A stretch of DNA of 64,000 nt, from NCBI GenBank assembly GCA_963803975.1, contig CAWDOY010000047.1, positions 112,096 to 176,095 of the forward strand, given 5' to 3'. The notes beneath the pieces are model-generated. The model saw only the letters and a program-made list of their open reading frames with translations. It ran no database searches and was not told the origin of the DNA. The DNA is from an uncultured delta proteobacterium. Lineage in GTDB: Bacteria; Desulfobacterota; WTBG01; CAIYCZ01. Below are positions 38,336 to 46,723 of the stretch, piece by piece (the first letter of the stretch is position 1; each line of letters starts with the position of its first letter). The position numbers and the translations under genes are program-made.

Positions 38336-38487
38336 CAGGCCGTAAAAATTACCATATACGGGCACAAAGTCAAGGGAATAGCGTGCAGAAATGGTTCTGC
38401 CAATAATCCTGGACATCTCATTTAAATTATATTATTAGTTTTTCTGATAACAAATAGTAATATAAATACAGCTATATATTTGAAGCA

Positions 38488-38662
38488 ATGCGCCGTCTAA
38501 TCTGTCATTCTACTTTTATTTTTACTTTAGGTACTCTGCCAGTGGTCCGTGAGTAGCGGAGAAGATACTACCAGGCCATGGGCAGAGTTTACCCGCTGCC
38601 CATGGCTTTTTTTATAATTGAAAAAGCCATGGAACCAGATCGTTCATGGCTTTTTTTTATTT
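38488..38662 (+). promoter_or_regulatory. Candidate transcription-attenuation leader upstream of the DAHP synthase gene: a 22-codon leader ORF plus two overlapping terminator hairpins
   Basis: Leader ORF MRRLICHSTFIFTLGTLPVVRE (38488-38556). Hairpin 1 is CCATGGGCAG-n10-CTGCCCATGG followed by T7 (38576-38613). Hairpin 2 is AAAAAGCCATGG-n12-CATGGC followed by T8 (38621-38658). The 3' arm plus T-run of hairpin 1 is exactly complementary to the 5' arm of hairpin 2, giving mutually exclusive structures. Confidence 0.4.
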
Positions 38663-38776
38663 ACGTAACGGTTTCAAACCCAAGCACTCAGAGAAAAACT
38701 CTATATACAATAATTTCTCAGAGTCCTGTGGTTATAGTTTGACAATACTTTGTTTGAGCAGAAGGAGGATACACAG

Positions 38777-39807
38777 ATGATCATAGTTATGAAGGCCAAA
38801 GCATCCGAGAAAGAACTGCAGGAAGTGCTCAACACCATTAAGGAGTTCGGCTACCAGCCGCACCCGATCTATGGAACAGAACGAACCGTAATCGGTGCGG
38901 TGGGAAGCGAGCGGGGCAAGGAAAAACTGCAGGCGCTGGAAATGCTTCCCGGGGTGGAAAAGGTGGTTCCCATCCTCCAGCCCTACAAGCTTGCGAGCCG
39001 TGAGGTAAAACCCGAGAAGTCGGTCATCGCCATCAGCGATACCGTGCAGATCGGCGGCGATGAGGTGGTGGTGATTGCCGGCCCGTGTTCCATAGAAAAC
39101 GAGCAGCAGATCATTGAAACTGCACGTGGCGGTAAAGGATGCCGGGGCAACCATGCTGCGCGGCGGAGCATTCAAACCCCGCACCTCACCCTTACAGCTT
39201 CCAGGGCCTTGAGGGAGAAGGGCTTGTGCTGCTGGATAAGGCGCGGCAGCTTACCGGGCTTCCCGTGGTCACGGAAATAATGAATCTCGAAGACATAGAG
39301 CTGATTTCAAATCACGCGGATATCCTGCAGGTGGGAGCGCGCAATGTTCAGAACTTTGCCCTGCTCAAAGCCCTCGGAAAATGCAGCAAGCCGATCCTGT
39401 TGAAGCGCGGCATGATGACCACTATTGAAGAGTTCCTGATGTCAGCGGAGTATATCCTGTCGGAAGGCAACCAACAGGTCATTCTGTGCGAGCGCGGGAT
39501 ACGGACATTTGAGACCGCCACCCGCAACACCCTTGACCTGAGCAGCATCCCGGTGCTGCGGGAGCGCACCCATCTCCCGGTCATTGTCGACCCCAGCCAT
39601 GGGACCGGCCACTGGAAGCTCGTTGCCCCCATGTCGTTTGCGGCAATTGCCGCAGGTGCTGATGGCCTGATGATAGAAGTGCATCCCCATCCTGATCATG
39701 CCATGAGTGACGGTGTCCAGTCGCTCAAGCCCGGTAAATTTGCAGAGATGATGCAGCGGCTGGTTCCGTTTGTAAAGGCAGCGGGAAGAACGATACGGGA
39801 AGGGTGA
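38777..39807 (+). CDS. aroF: 3-deoxy-7-phosphoheptulonate (DAHP) synthase, type I-beta with N-terminal ferredoxin-like regulatory domain. One frameshift.
   Basis: GAAGGAGGA RBS. N-terminal ACT-like domain [26 protein letters not shown]. Catalytic KPRTSPYSFQGLGE..., [20 protein letters not shown]. The join near 39130-39180 needs a 1-nt shift. Confidence 0.8.
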
Positions 39808-39994
39808 ATCAAGGGGTAGGTGAACCCGCTGCGCCAGAGCGGCAGCGCGGCGAGCCGTCGCGTCGGTGCAAGAGGTTAAAAGGTCAATAGGTTACGAGGT
39901 GAAAAGGTAAAAAGATGAAAAGACAAAGAGGTGCAACAGGTTCACTGTAATCCTACACCTTTTAGCCTTTTAACCTCTGTAGCTGTTAACCTGT

Positions 39995-41032
39995 TTAGTA
40001 GATTGTCTTTACTTTATATCCGGCAACGAGCTGCATGGTTACCGGCATGCCGTTTATTTCCGCCAGCAGTTTTGCCTGCTGCTCGCTGCCGAAGGTCTTT
40101 TTAGCGATAATGGTAAACGTGTCACCCTCTTGCGCAGTATATATTTTTATGTGGCGTAAATTCTCTTTCGGGCCGTAGGCAAGCCCCTCAAGGTAGTCCT
40201 TGTACCGGTCAGATAATATCTGGCCCTTTGCAGCACGGCCCGGCACTCCTGCCTGGGGTCCGTTATTGATCTGCTGCATGGCATTATTCATGGCCAGCAT
40301 AACTTTTGACTGCGCTGTTGACCGCTCGATACGGTTCATCATATCCGGGTGCGTTGAGTTATACACCTGATCGCCGATGGGACCCTGCGTTATCCGGGAG
40401 AGATTTTTCTGGAACGACGCCATCTGTTCCGGGTCATAGCCTGCCTTGCTCATGTAGGCAACACCCTGCTCATCTGCAATATATTCCTTCTCCCGGCCGA
40501 ATCCCATCATGACAGAGTTGAGCAGCATACCGGTTGCTTGCGCAACATCAGCTCCTCCCGGTGCTGCAACGCCTGCAAGCACTGCAAACTGGGCAAGCAT
40601 CGATTGCGATATCTGGTTTGCGCTGTCTCTGCCGACGACATGCCCGATTTCATGGCCGAGCACTCCGGCCAGCTCCGCCTCGCTGTTCAGGTATGCAAGC
40701 AGCCCGCGGGTGATGTAGATGTATCCGCCGGGAACGGCAAATGCATTTTCCATCGGGGTATCGAGCACGGCAAAGTGATAGGTAATATCCTTTCGCTTGC
40801 AAACAGCCACCAGCTTCTGTCCTACTTCGTTTACATAGCGCTGCAGATCTTCATTCTCATAATAACCGAACTGCTTTATGATTTCCGGGTGTGCCTGCCT
40901 GCCAATATTGTGTTCGCGTTCCTCGCTCACGATGTTAAATTCGCTCTGCAGGGTTACGGGATTGACCATGCACCCCGTCAGCACCACCATAAAAGCCCCT
41001 AATACTATGAGCGACAGCTTAGATGCCTGCAT
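39995..41032 (-). CDS. M48-family zinc metallopeptidase lipoprotein (BepA/YcaL-like) with a C-terminal LysM-like domain
   Basis: AAGGAGGT RBS. Lipobox LTGCMV. HEIGHVVGRD zinc motif. C-terminal QEGDTFTIIAKKTFG...LLAEINGM. Confidence 0.7.
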   Translation of the reverse strand: MQASKLSLIVLGAFMVVLTGCMVNPVTLQSEFNIVSEEREHNIGRQAHPEIIKQFGYYENEDLQRYVNEVGQKLVAVCKRKDITYHFAVLDTPMENAFAVPGGYIYITRGLLAYLNSEAELAGVLGHEIGHVVGRDSANQISQSMLAQFAVLAGVAAPGGADVAQATGMLLNSVMMGFGREKEYIADEQGVAYMSKAGYDPEQMASFQKNLSRITQGPIGDQVYNSTHPDMMNRIERSTAQSKVMLAMNNAMQQINNGPQAGVPGRAAKGQILSDRYKDYLEGLAYGPKENLRHIKIYTAQEGDTFTIIAKKTFGSEQQAKLLAEINGMPVTMQLVAGYKVKTIY

Positions 41033-41145
41033 AATGATAGCGTAGATTACCTCCTTAGTGCCTGCTGTAATTTTAATAATCATTATAATTATATTATAGC
41101 ACGTTTTTTACCAGCTTCAAATAAGCGTTTCTCCCGTGAAACACT

Positions 41146-41877
41146 TCAATCGCGCCTGCCCTTGTGCATATTGTTTCCGATCTCTTCCATCAGCTCAAGC
41201 TGTATCTCCTGGATCTCAAGCAGCCGCTGCCATTGCCGCGTGACCAGATGATCCATTTTTTCATGCAGCTGCCTGATTTCCAGCTCTGCCTTCAGATTAA
41301 CCTGATAATCATGCCGGGAGCGAAGCCGGTCTTTAGCTTCCTGGCGATTCTGGCTCATCATAATGATGGGGGCTTGAATGGCGGCGATGCATGAAAGGAC
41401 CAGATTCAGAAATATGAACGGATACGGATCAAGCGGCTGTCTGAAAAAAATATAGCTGTTGCCGCCGATCCATAAGAGTATGAAGAAAAAAAAGATACCA
41501 ATAAATTCCCAGCTTCCGCCAAACGCTGCTAATTTATCTGACCAGCGCTCGCTCAGCGTAAGCTTTTCTTCATATTCAAGATCTATGTCCCGGGAAAGAA
41601 GCTCCTGTTCTTTTATGCTCTGCACCACCTCCATTTCCAATGTTGAGAGTTCACCCTTTTCCGCTTTTACTTCCTGCTCAACATACTGGTTTCTGAAGCG
41701 GTTCAGATCAGCAAGGCAGATGAAGCTGTCGGCTGACCAGTCAGGACATTGATGCTTTATCAGTTCCATGATTGATTCACGAACTGCTTCAGCAGGCAAC
41801 ACGTCGCTCAGTTTTTTCTCTTGCCTGCAGCACTGGCATTGAACTGTTCGCTGCTTTTGCCTTGGCATTGCGTTCAC
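41146..41877 (-). CDS. DUF1003-family membrane protein
   Basis: Two TM helices and the conserved FIFLNLVLSCIAAIQAPIIMMSQNRQ block. Coiled-coil C-terminus. Confidence 0.6.
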   Translation of the reverse strand: MNAMPRQKQRTVQCQCCRQEKKLSDVLPAEAVRESIMELIKHQCPDWSADSFICLADLNRFRNQYVEQEVKAEKGELSTLEMEVVQSIKEQELLSRDIDLEYEEKLTLSERWSDKLAAFGGSWEFIGIFFFFILLWIGGNSYIFFRQPLDPYPFIFLNLVLSCIAAIQAPIIMMSQNRQEAKDRLRSRHDYQVNLKAELEIRQLHEKMDHLVTRQWQRLLEIQEIQLELMEEIGNNMHKGRRD

Positions 41878-41943
41878 CGGATTACGAAACTGATGGGTAA
41901 AGCCCCCCGCATTACTTACAATACGGGGGGCTTTGATTACTTT

Positions 41944-42036
41944 TTACTTTTTACAGCCACATCCTTTTTTTGCTGTTTTAGCTGGTTTCTTTGCTGCTTT
42001 GACAGGTTTCTTTGCGGTGCTTTTTGTTGCGGCCAT
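41944..42036 (-). CDS. Tiny (30 aa) lysine-rich protein with a C-terminal GCGC motif
   Basis: MAATKSTAKKPVKAAKKPAKTAKKGCGCKK. Strong GGAGGGA RBS 6 nt upstream. Followed by a GC hairpin (41898-41933). Confidence 0.35.
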   Translation of the reverse strand: MAATKSTAKKPVKAAKKPAKTAKKGCGCKK

Positions 42037-42209
42037 GGGTTCCCTCCTGTAAATCGTTATGTTGTTTAGCTGATTGTTTTGTGCTTCAGTGCACAGGCTT
42101 GTTATGAAAAACTTTATCAAACCAATGATGCTATGTCAATAAAGCTCATGGTTTTGCCCGTTGATTTTTTTCTTCTTTCCTGATAGGTACAGAGAGGCCT
42201 GACATACTT

Positions 42210-43277
42210 ATGCTGCAACAAAAAAATAGAAGACTTGCAATGCACATCAGAGAGCAGTTGGAAGCGATTGAAAAAAAGACCCTGGCACCCCAGGCAGCGC
42301 TGAGCTGCAACAGCAGGGGCAGGCTCATGGCGGAAGACGAATGCGACCTGCGCCCCGCGTTTCAGCATGATCGTGACCGCATCATTCATTCCAAGGCGTT
42401 CCGCCGTCTGAAGCACAAAACCCAGGTATTTCTCGCCCCCAGCGGTGATCACTACCGGACTCGCCTCACCCATACGCTTGAGGTTTCACAAATTGCCCGG
42501 ACTATCGCCCGGTCACTCTTCCTTAATGAGGATTTGACTGAGGCTATCAGCCTCGGCCATGACCTTGGGCACACGCCGTTCGGCCATGCGGGTGAAGCGG
42601 TGCTGGACAAAATCATGCCCGGGGGATTTCGTCATCCTGAGCAGAGCCTGCGGGTGGTGGATGAGCTGGAAAAGCTCAATCTCACCCATGAAGTGCGGGA
42701 AGGCATACTGAAGCACTCAAAACGGGAGGGAGAAATTCTGCCCGATGACCCGGAACTGATTCCCGGCACGCTTGAAGGTCAGATCGTGCGTATCGCCGAC
42801 ACCATTGCCTATATAACACATGATCTGGATGATGCGCTGCGGGCAGGGCTGGTGACTCATGAAGACATCATGGACGGCGCGCGCGACATTATCGGAATTC
42901 TCGGGACCACCAGTTCGCAAAGAATTGACACCATGGTGCGGGATATTATTACCACTACGCAGAAGAACAACCTGGAGAAAATTTCGGTAAGCCGGGAAGC
43001 GATTGAAGCGGCACGCAAGCTGCGCCGGTTTCTAAACGACCGGGTCTATTATCTTCCGGGGCTGCTGCAGGATTTTACGCGGGCGTCAAAGATCATTACC
43101 GAGCTCTTCGATTACTATCTGCAGCACAGTGACCGCTTCTTCCAGGAGGCGGGGAAAAGCCCTGACACTGAAGATCTGCATATCCAGGTCTGCGATTTTA
43201 TCGCCGGCATGACCGACCGTTACGCCTTCAGCACCTATGAAAAAATTTTTCTTCCGCAGCCCTGGCTTATCCTGTAA
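42210..43277 (+). CDS. dgt: dGTPase-like HD-domain phosphohydrolase (dGTP triphosphohydrolase family)
   Basis: HSKAFRRLKHKTQVF...YRTRLTHTLEVSQIAR...GHDLGHTPFGHAGE. HD motif and metal ligands. Confidence 0.8.
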   Translation: MLQQKNRRLAMHIREQLEAIEKKTLAPQAALSCNSRGRLMAEDECDLRPAFQHDRDRIIHSKAFRRLKHKTQVFLAPSGDHYRTRLTHTLEVSQIARTIARSLFLNEDLTEAISLGHDLGHTPFGHAGEAVLDKIMPGGFRHPEQSLRVVDELEKLNLTHEVREGILKHSKREGEILPDDPELIPGTLEGQIVRIADTIAYITHDLDDALRAGLVTHEDIMDGARDIIGILGTTSSQRIDTMVRDIITTTQKNNLEKISVSREAIEAARKLRRFLNDRVYYLPGLLQDFTRASKIITELFDYYLQHSDRFFQEAGKSPDTEDLHIQVCDFIAGMTDRYAFSTYEKIFLPQPWLIL

Positions 43278-43293
43278 CCTTGTCTGCTGCAGC

Positions 43294-45588
43294 TCACGGG
43301 GGAGGGGTGTTTACTTTGTCTTTGAGCAGGTCATTTAAAACCGCCGGCAGCACCTTTTCAATAAATATATCCATCACATCTTTTTTCAATGCTACCCGGT
43401 AATCATAAAAACTGCCCCTGATCTCAACCGGGAGCACGGTCCACCCGTCTTCCTGGGGGAGGTATTGTCTGATTTTATCGCTCACCATGCGCCCTGCCAG
43501 ATTGGGAGAAATTTTCATAATGGTGTCAACATTCAGAGAACCGTCAAGGCCAATCTGACCATCAGGATACAGACCAAGGTCCTGGTTGGTGAACGACCCA
43601 TCAACATCAACCGCACCATCATGCAGTTTGTACTGCACCTGCGCCTGGTCAAAGCGGAAGCCGTCGCCTCCGTCCATTCTTATAAACGAGGCAATGGCGC
43701 CCATGCTGGGCAATCCCTTGATCAGAGCATCACGCAGGGTAAAGAGTCCCTCGCCCTTCAGATTCTTCATGAAACGCACCGGCGTCACCCCATTCCCGCT
43801 CAAGGTGCAGGTGCCGGAAATCGTTCCATCTACAAAATTTTGATAGGAGGGCGATAGTGCCTGGGCCAGGTTTTTCAGTGATGCCTGATCCAGTCGCAGG
43901 TTAAGAGCGTAATCAAGTCCTTTGACCCCCAGGTCGACCAGGCCGGTAAGCTTGAACGCTCCCTCACCTATGGAGCCCATGAGTTCCTTGAGATGCAGTT
44001 GATTTCCCTCCAGGGTATAGGTGCCGTTCAGGTTATTGATCGCCATCCCGGCAAAAGAGATGCTGCCCATATCAATAGGCCCCCCGAGGGTAAGTCCCCT
44101 GAGATCAAAGGGCCCCACTTCCTCTTTTTCAGCCTCTTCCGGTGTGGTTTTATCGCTCAAGAGAAAATCAGCTGCATTAATGTTTGACGAGACGATATTG
44201 ATATTGGCCTGCGGGGCCCCGCCCAGATAGTTGCGAATTTCTCCTGCAAGGGTGATGGTTGATTTCTTGATCCCGATTTTCAGATCGCTCAGAGCTATTT
44301 TAGTAGTATCAACCAACCCAATCCCTTCTATGTCCGGCTGATAACCGCCCAGGGGCTTATAGGTAATGCGATTTCCCTTGAACATAATCCTGAATTTGGT
44401 GAAAACCGAATCCGGCAATTTACCCTCCACATTCATGGTAAGGTCAGCCTTGCCTGAAATGCTTGCCTGATCCAGCATAAACGGAAGATTGCGCGGCAGG
44501 TGGCGGAAAATATTTTCCAGGGGGAAGTCGTCTGCCTTGAGCACAAGCTTTATATACGGGTCCGTGCCAATTCCTTTGATAAAGCCCTCTCCATGATATG
44601 CTCCGGAAAAAACTGTTCCCTCTATCTTCTGAAAGGTCAGCAGTTGTTTGGGAATATCCCACATTGTGGCAAAATTAAGCTTTGCCTCAGCACCCTCTAA
44701 ATAAATCTGCTGCTGTGCCTCCTTATCAATAAATGAAGCGATGCCTACCGACATCCCTTGTAAATGCACATTTCCCGTCAATTTAACGGACTCGAACTTA
44801 TCTATTTCCAGTTTTGAATCAATGGTTGCGATCCCTCCCTGCACCGGAATCTTATAGAGATTCAGATAGTCCCTGAGGATTGAAAGATCGGCGTTCGTCA
44901 GGGAAATATCTGCCGTAAGGGATCTTTTGGGGACAGATATTTTCCCGTTCAAAGTAAACACGGAGGCATCATTTTGGTTAATGCGCGCAGTAATACTAAA
45001 GGGAAATGAAAATAACAGGGACACATCGCTGATCAGCATCTGCACATGGTCGAGCGCAACAATAACCGGCTGAGGAAACTCCCGGGCGGTGCTTTTCACG
45101 GTAACCGTGCCGCTGCGAACCTCGACATGACCGGGAAGCAAGATGACGCTGAACAGGGAAGTGCTCTTGGATGAGGGTGCGACGTTGCGTTTACTCAGCT
45201 GTCCCGAAAGGCTGATATACTGGCCCAGGTCGCGCTGATAAAAACGAACCTGCGGGCTATACAGGACAATCCCCTTGATGAACAGCCTGTTTAACAGCAG
45301 CGGCAGCAAACGTATTTTTACCGTTACATCAGGACACATCAGCACATCATCTTCTTCCCAGGGAAATGATTTGTGCAGCACCACATCCTTCAGCCGGATG
45401 CCGTCAAAGAGGCTGATCTGGACACTGCCAAAGGAAATCTCCCGCTGCAAATACTGGGCAATCTCGGCAACAAAGGTCTGTCGCACTTTCAGCGGCGTGA
45501 GGGTTATTTGTGCATACAATACCACTATGACCGCCAAAAGCAGTGCCGCGGCTATTAGTATCAGGACTATGGTGCGCAGTGTTTTCAT
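43294..45588 (-). CDS. asmA: AsmA-family outer-membrane assembly protein
   Basis: N-terminal TM anchor, then ~740 aa of predicted beta-rich repeats typical of the AsmA/TamB-like fold. Confidence 0.65.
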   Translation of the reverse strand: MKTLRTIVLILIAAALLLAVIVVLYAQITLTPLKVRQTFVAEIAQYLQREISFGSVQISLFDGIRLKDVVLHKSFPWEEDDVLMCPDVTVKIRLLPLLLNRLFIKGIVLYSPQVRFYQRDLGQYISLSGQLSKRNVAPSSKSTSLFSVILLPGHVEVRSGTVTVKSTAREFPQPVIVALDHVQMLISDVSLLFSFPFSITARINQNDASVFTLNGKISVPKRSLTADISLTNADLSILRDYLNLYKIPVQGGIATIDSKLEIDKFESVKLTGNVHLQGMSVGIASFIDKEAQQQIYLEGAEAKLNFATMWDIPKQLLTFQKIEGTVFSGAYHGEGFIKGIGTDPYIKLVLKADDFPLENIFRHLPRNLPFMLDQASISGKADLTMNVEGKLPDSVFTKFRIMFKGNRITYKPLGGYQPDIEGIGLVDTTKIALSDLKIGIKKSTITLAGEIRNYLGGAPQANINIVSSNINAADFLLSDKTTPEEAEKEEVGPFDLRGLTLGGPIDMGSISFAGMAINNLNGTYTLEGNQLHLKELMGSIGEGAFKLTGLVDLGVKGLDYALNLRLDQASLKNLAQALSPSYQNFVDGTISGTCTLSGNGVTPVRFMKNLKGEGLFTLRDALIKGLPSMGAIASFIRMDGGDGFRFDQAQVQYKLHDGAVDVDGSFTNQDLGLYPDGQIGLDGSLNVDTIMKISPNLAGRMVSDKIRQYLPQEDGWTVLPVEIRGSFYDYRVALKKDVMDIFIEKVLPAVLNDLLKDKVNTPPP

Positions 45589-45783
45589 AATCAGATGAGT
45601 CGTTTTGTCATGTGCCTACTTCTATATAATATTATTCTGACACATTGCAAACTAATCTTTAACCATAAGTAAAGTTGTCCGGGGAATACTGTCTATGGCA
45701 GGATTGCGTGTGACCGGCAAGGGTAACCGGTGCTGCGCAGGTGAAGTGCGGCGGGACAGACGGGCGGATACTCTCAGGCGCGG

Positions 45784-46626
45784 TCAGTAGTGCGAAAGTT
45801 TCCGGATAACGCTCATATTGTTAAAATCCTCCCTGTCTGTCTTTCGGGGAGTTTCCATAATCCCTGGTAAGGGCTGCAGCACCGGATGGTTGACGATGCG
45901 GCGGAAACCGGGGCGGCCGATGAAACCTTCTCCAATATGCCAGTGCCGGTCAGCATGTGACCCCAGCGGCGCCTTTGAGTCATTGAGATGCAGAAGCTGC
46001 AGTTTTTCAAGACCCAGGTGGTATTGAAATTCATCCAGCATTGTTTCAAGCCCCGGTTTAGTGGAGAGATCATATCCTGCCGCAAAGGCATGGGCGGTAT
46101 CAAGACATATTCCAATACGACTCCCGTCACTCACGCCGCGCACAATATGGCGCAGCTGACGTATGGTATAGCCAATTTCAGTCCCCTGCCCTGCGGTATT
46201 TTCCAGGAGCACCGTAATGCTATTGGGGGCCATGGCAAAAGCCCTATTAAGAGCACTGCTTACGCGTTCACCTGCTTCATCTTCAGACCGGATACCCCGG
46301 TGACCTACGTGGGCGATAACAGCGGAAGCCTGCAATGCCTCTGCTCTCCTGAGTTCTTCACTCAGGGCATTGACAGAGCTCGTAAACAGTTTTTCATCTG
46401 ATGAAGCAAGGTTTGGAAGATAGGGCAAATGGATAAATACCGGCGCAATGCCGGTCACAGCGAGGGATTCTCTGAAAGCTCGGACCTGAGCGGCATCAAG
46501 CTCTTTATAAGCCCAGCCGCGGGGGTTGCGGGAAAAAAACTGGATAGTCTGGCACTGTTTTGTCAGTGCCCGGTCTATGATTTTTGCAAATCCGCCGCTG
46601 ATTGAAATATGAAATCCAAACCGCAT
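45784..46626 (-). CDS. nfo: Endonuclease IV (AP endonuclease, xylose-isomerase-like TIM barrel)
   Basis: MRFGFHISISGG start. HxxY...LLENTAGQG...CLDTAHAFAAGYD...HLNDSK metal-site motifs. Confidence 0.8.
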   Translation of the reverse strand: MRFGFHISISGGFAKIIDRALTKQCQTIQFFSRNPRGWAYKELDAAQVRAFRESLAVTGIAPVFIHLPYLPNLASSDEKLFTSSVNALSEELRRAEALQASAVIAHVGHRGIRSEDEAGERVSSALNRAFAMAPNSITVLLENTAGQGTEIGYTIRQLRHIVRGVSDGSRIGICLDTAHAFAAGYDLSTKPGLETMLDEFQYHLGLEKLQLLHLNDSKAPLGSHADRHWHIGEGFIGRPGFRRIVNHPVLQPLPGIMETPRKTDREDFNNMSVIRKLSHY

Positions 46627-46723
46627 AGAGGAATCAGAAAGAGAAAAGTTATTCGCAGCATGAAGAAGCCAAGCCGCAGAAGGCGTGCAGGCAAGGGCAG
46701 GAGCGCTGGAAGCCGGGCGCTGT

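Noticed and set aside
38179-38421. 80-aa minus-strand ORF
   Set aside because: Falls inside the MITE-like repeat copy 2. No RBS. A reading frame is not conserved in copy 1.
38520-38612. Region upstream of aroF considered as SRP/6S/tmRNA or a T-box leader
   Set aside because: No match to the conserved SRP domain IV, 6S bubble, tmRNA tag-reading frame or the T-box AATTAGGGTGGTACCGCG motif. Better explained as an attenuator-type leader.
38732-39184. 150-aa minus-strand ORF
   Set aside because: Antisense to the DAHP synthase gene.
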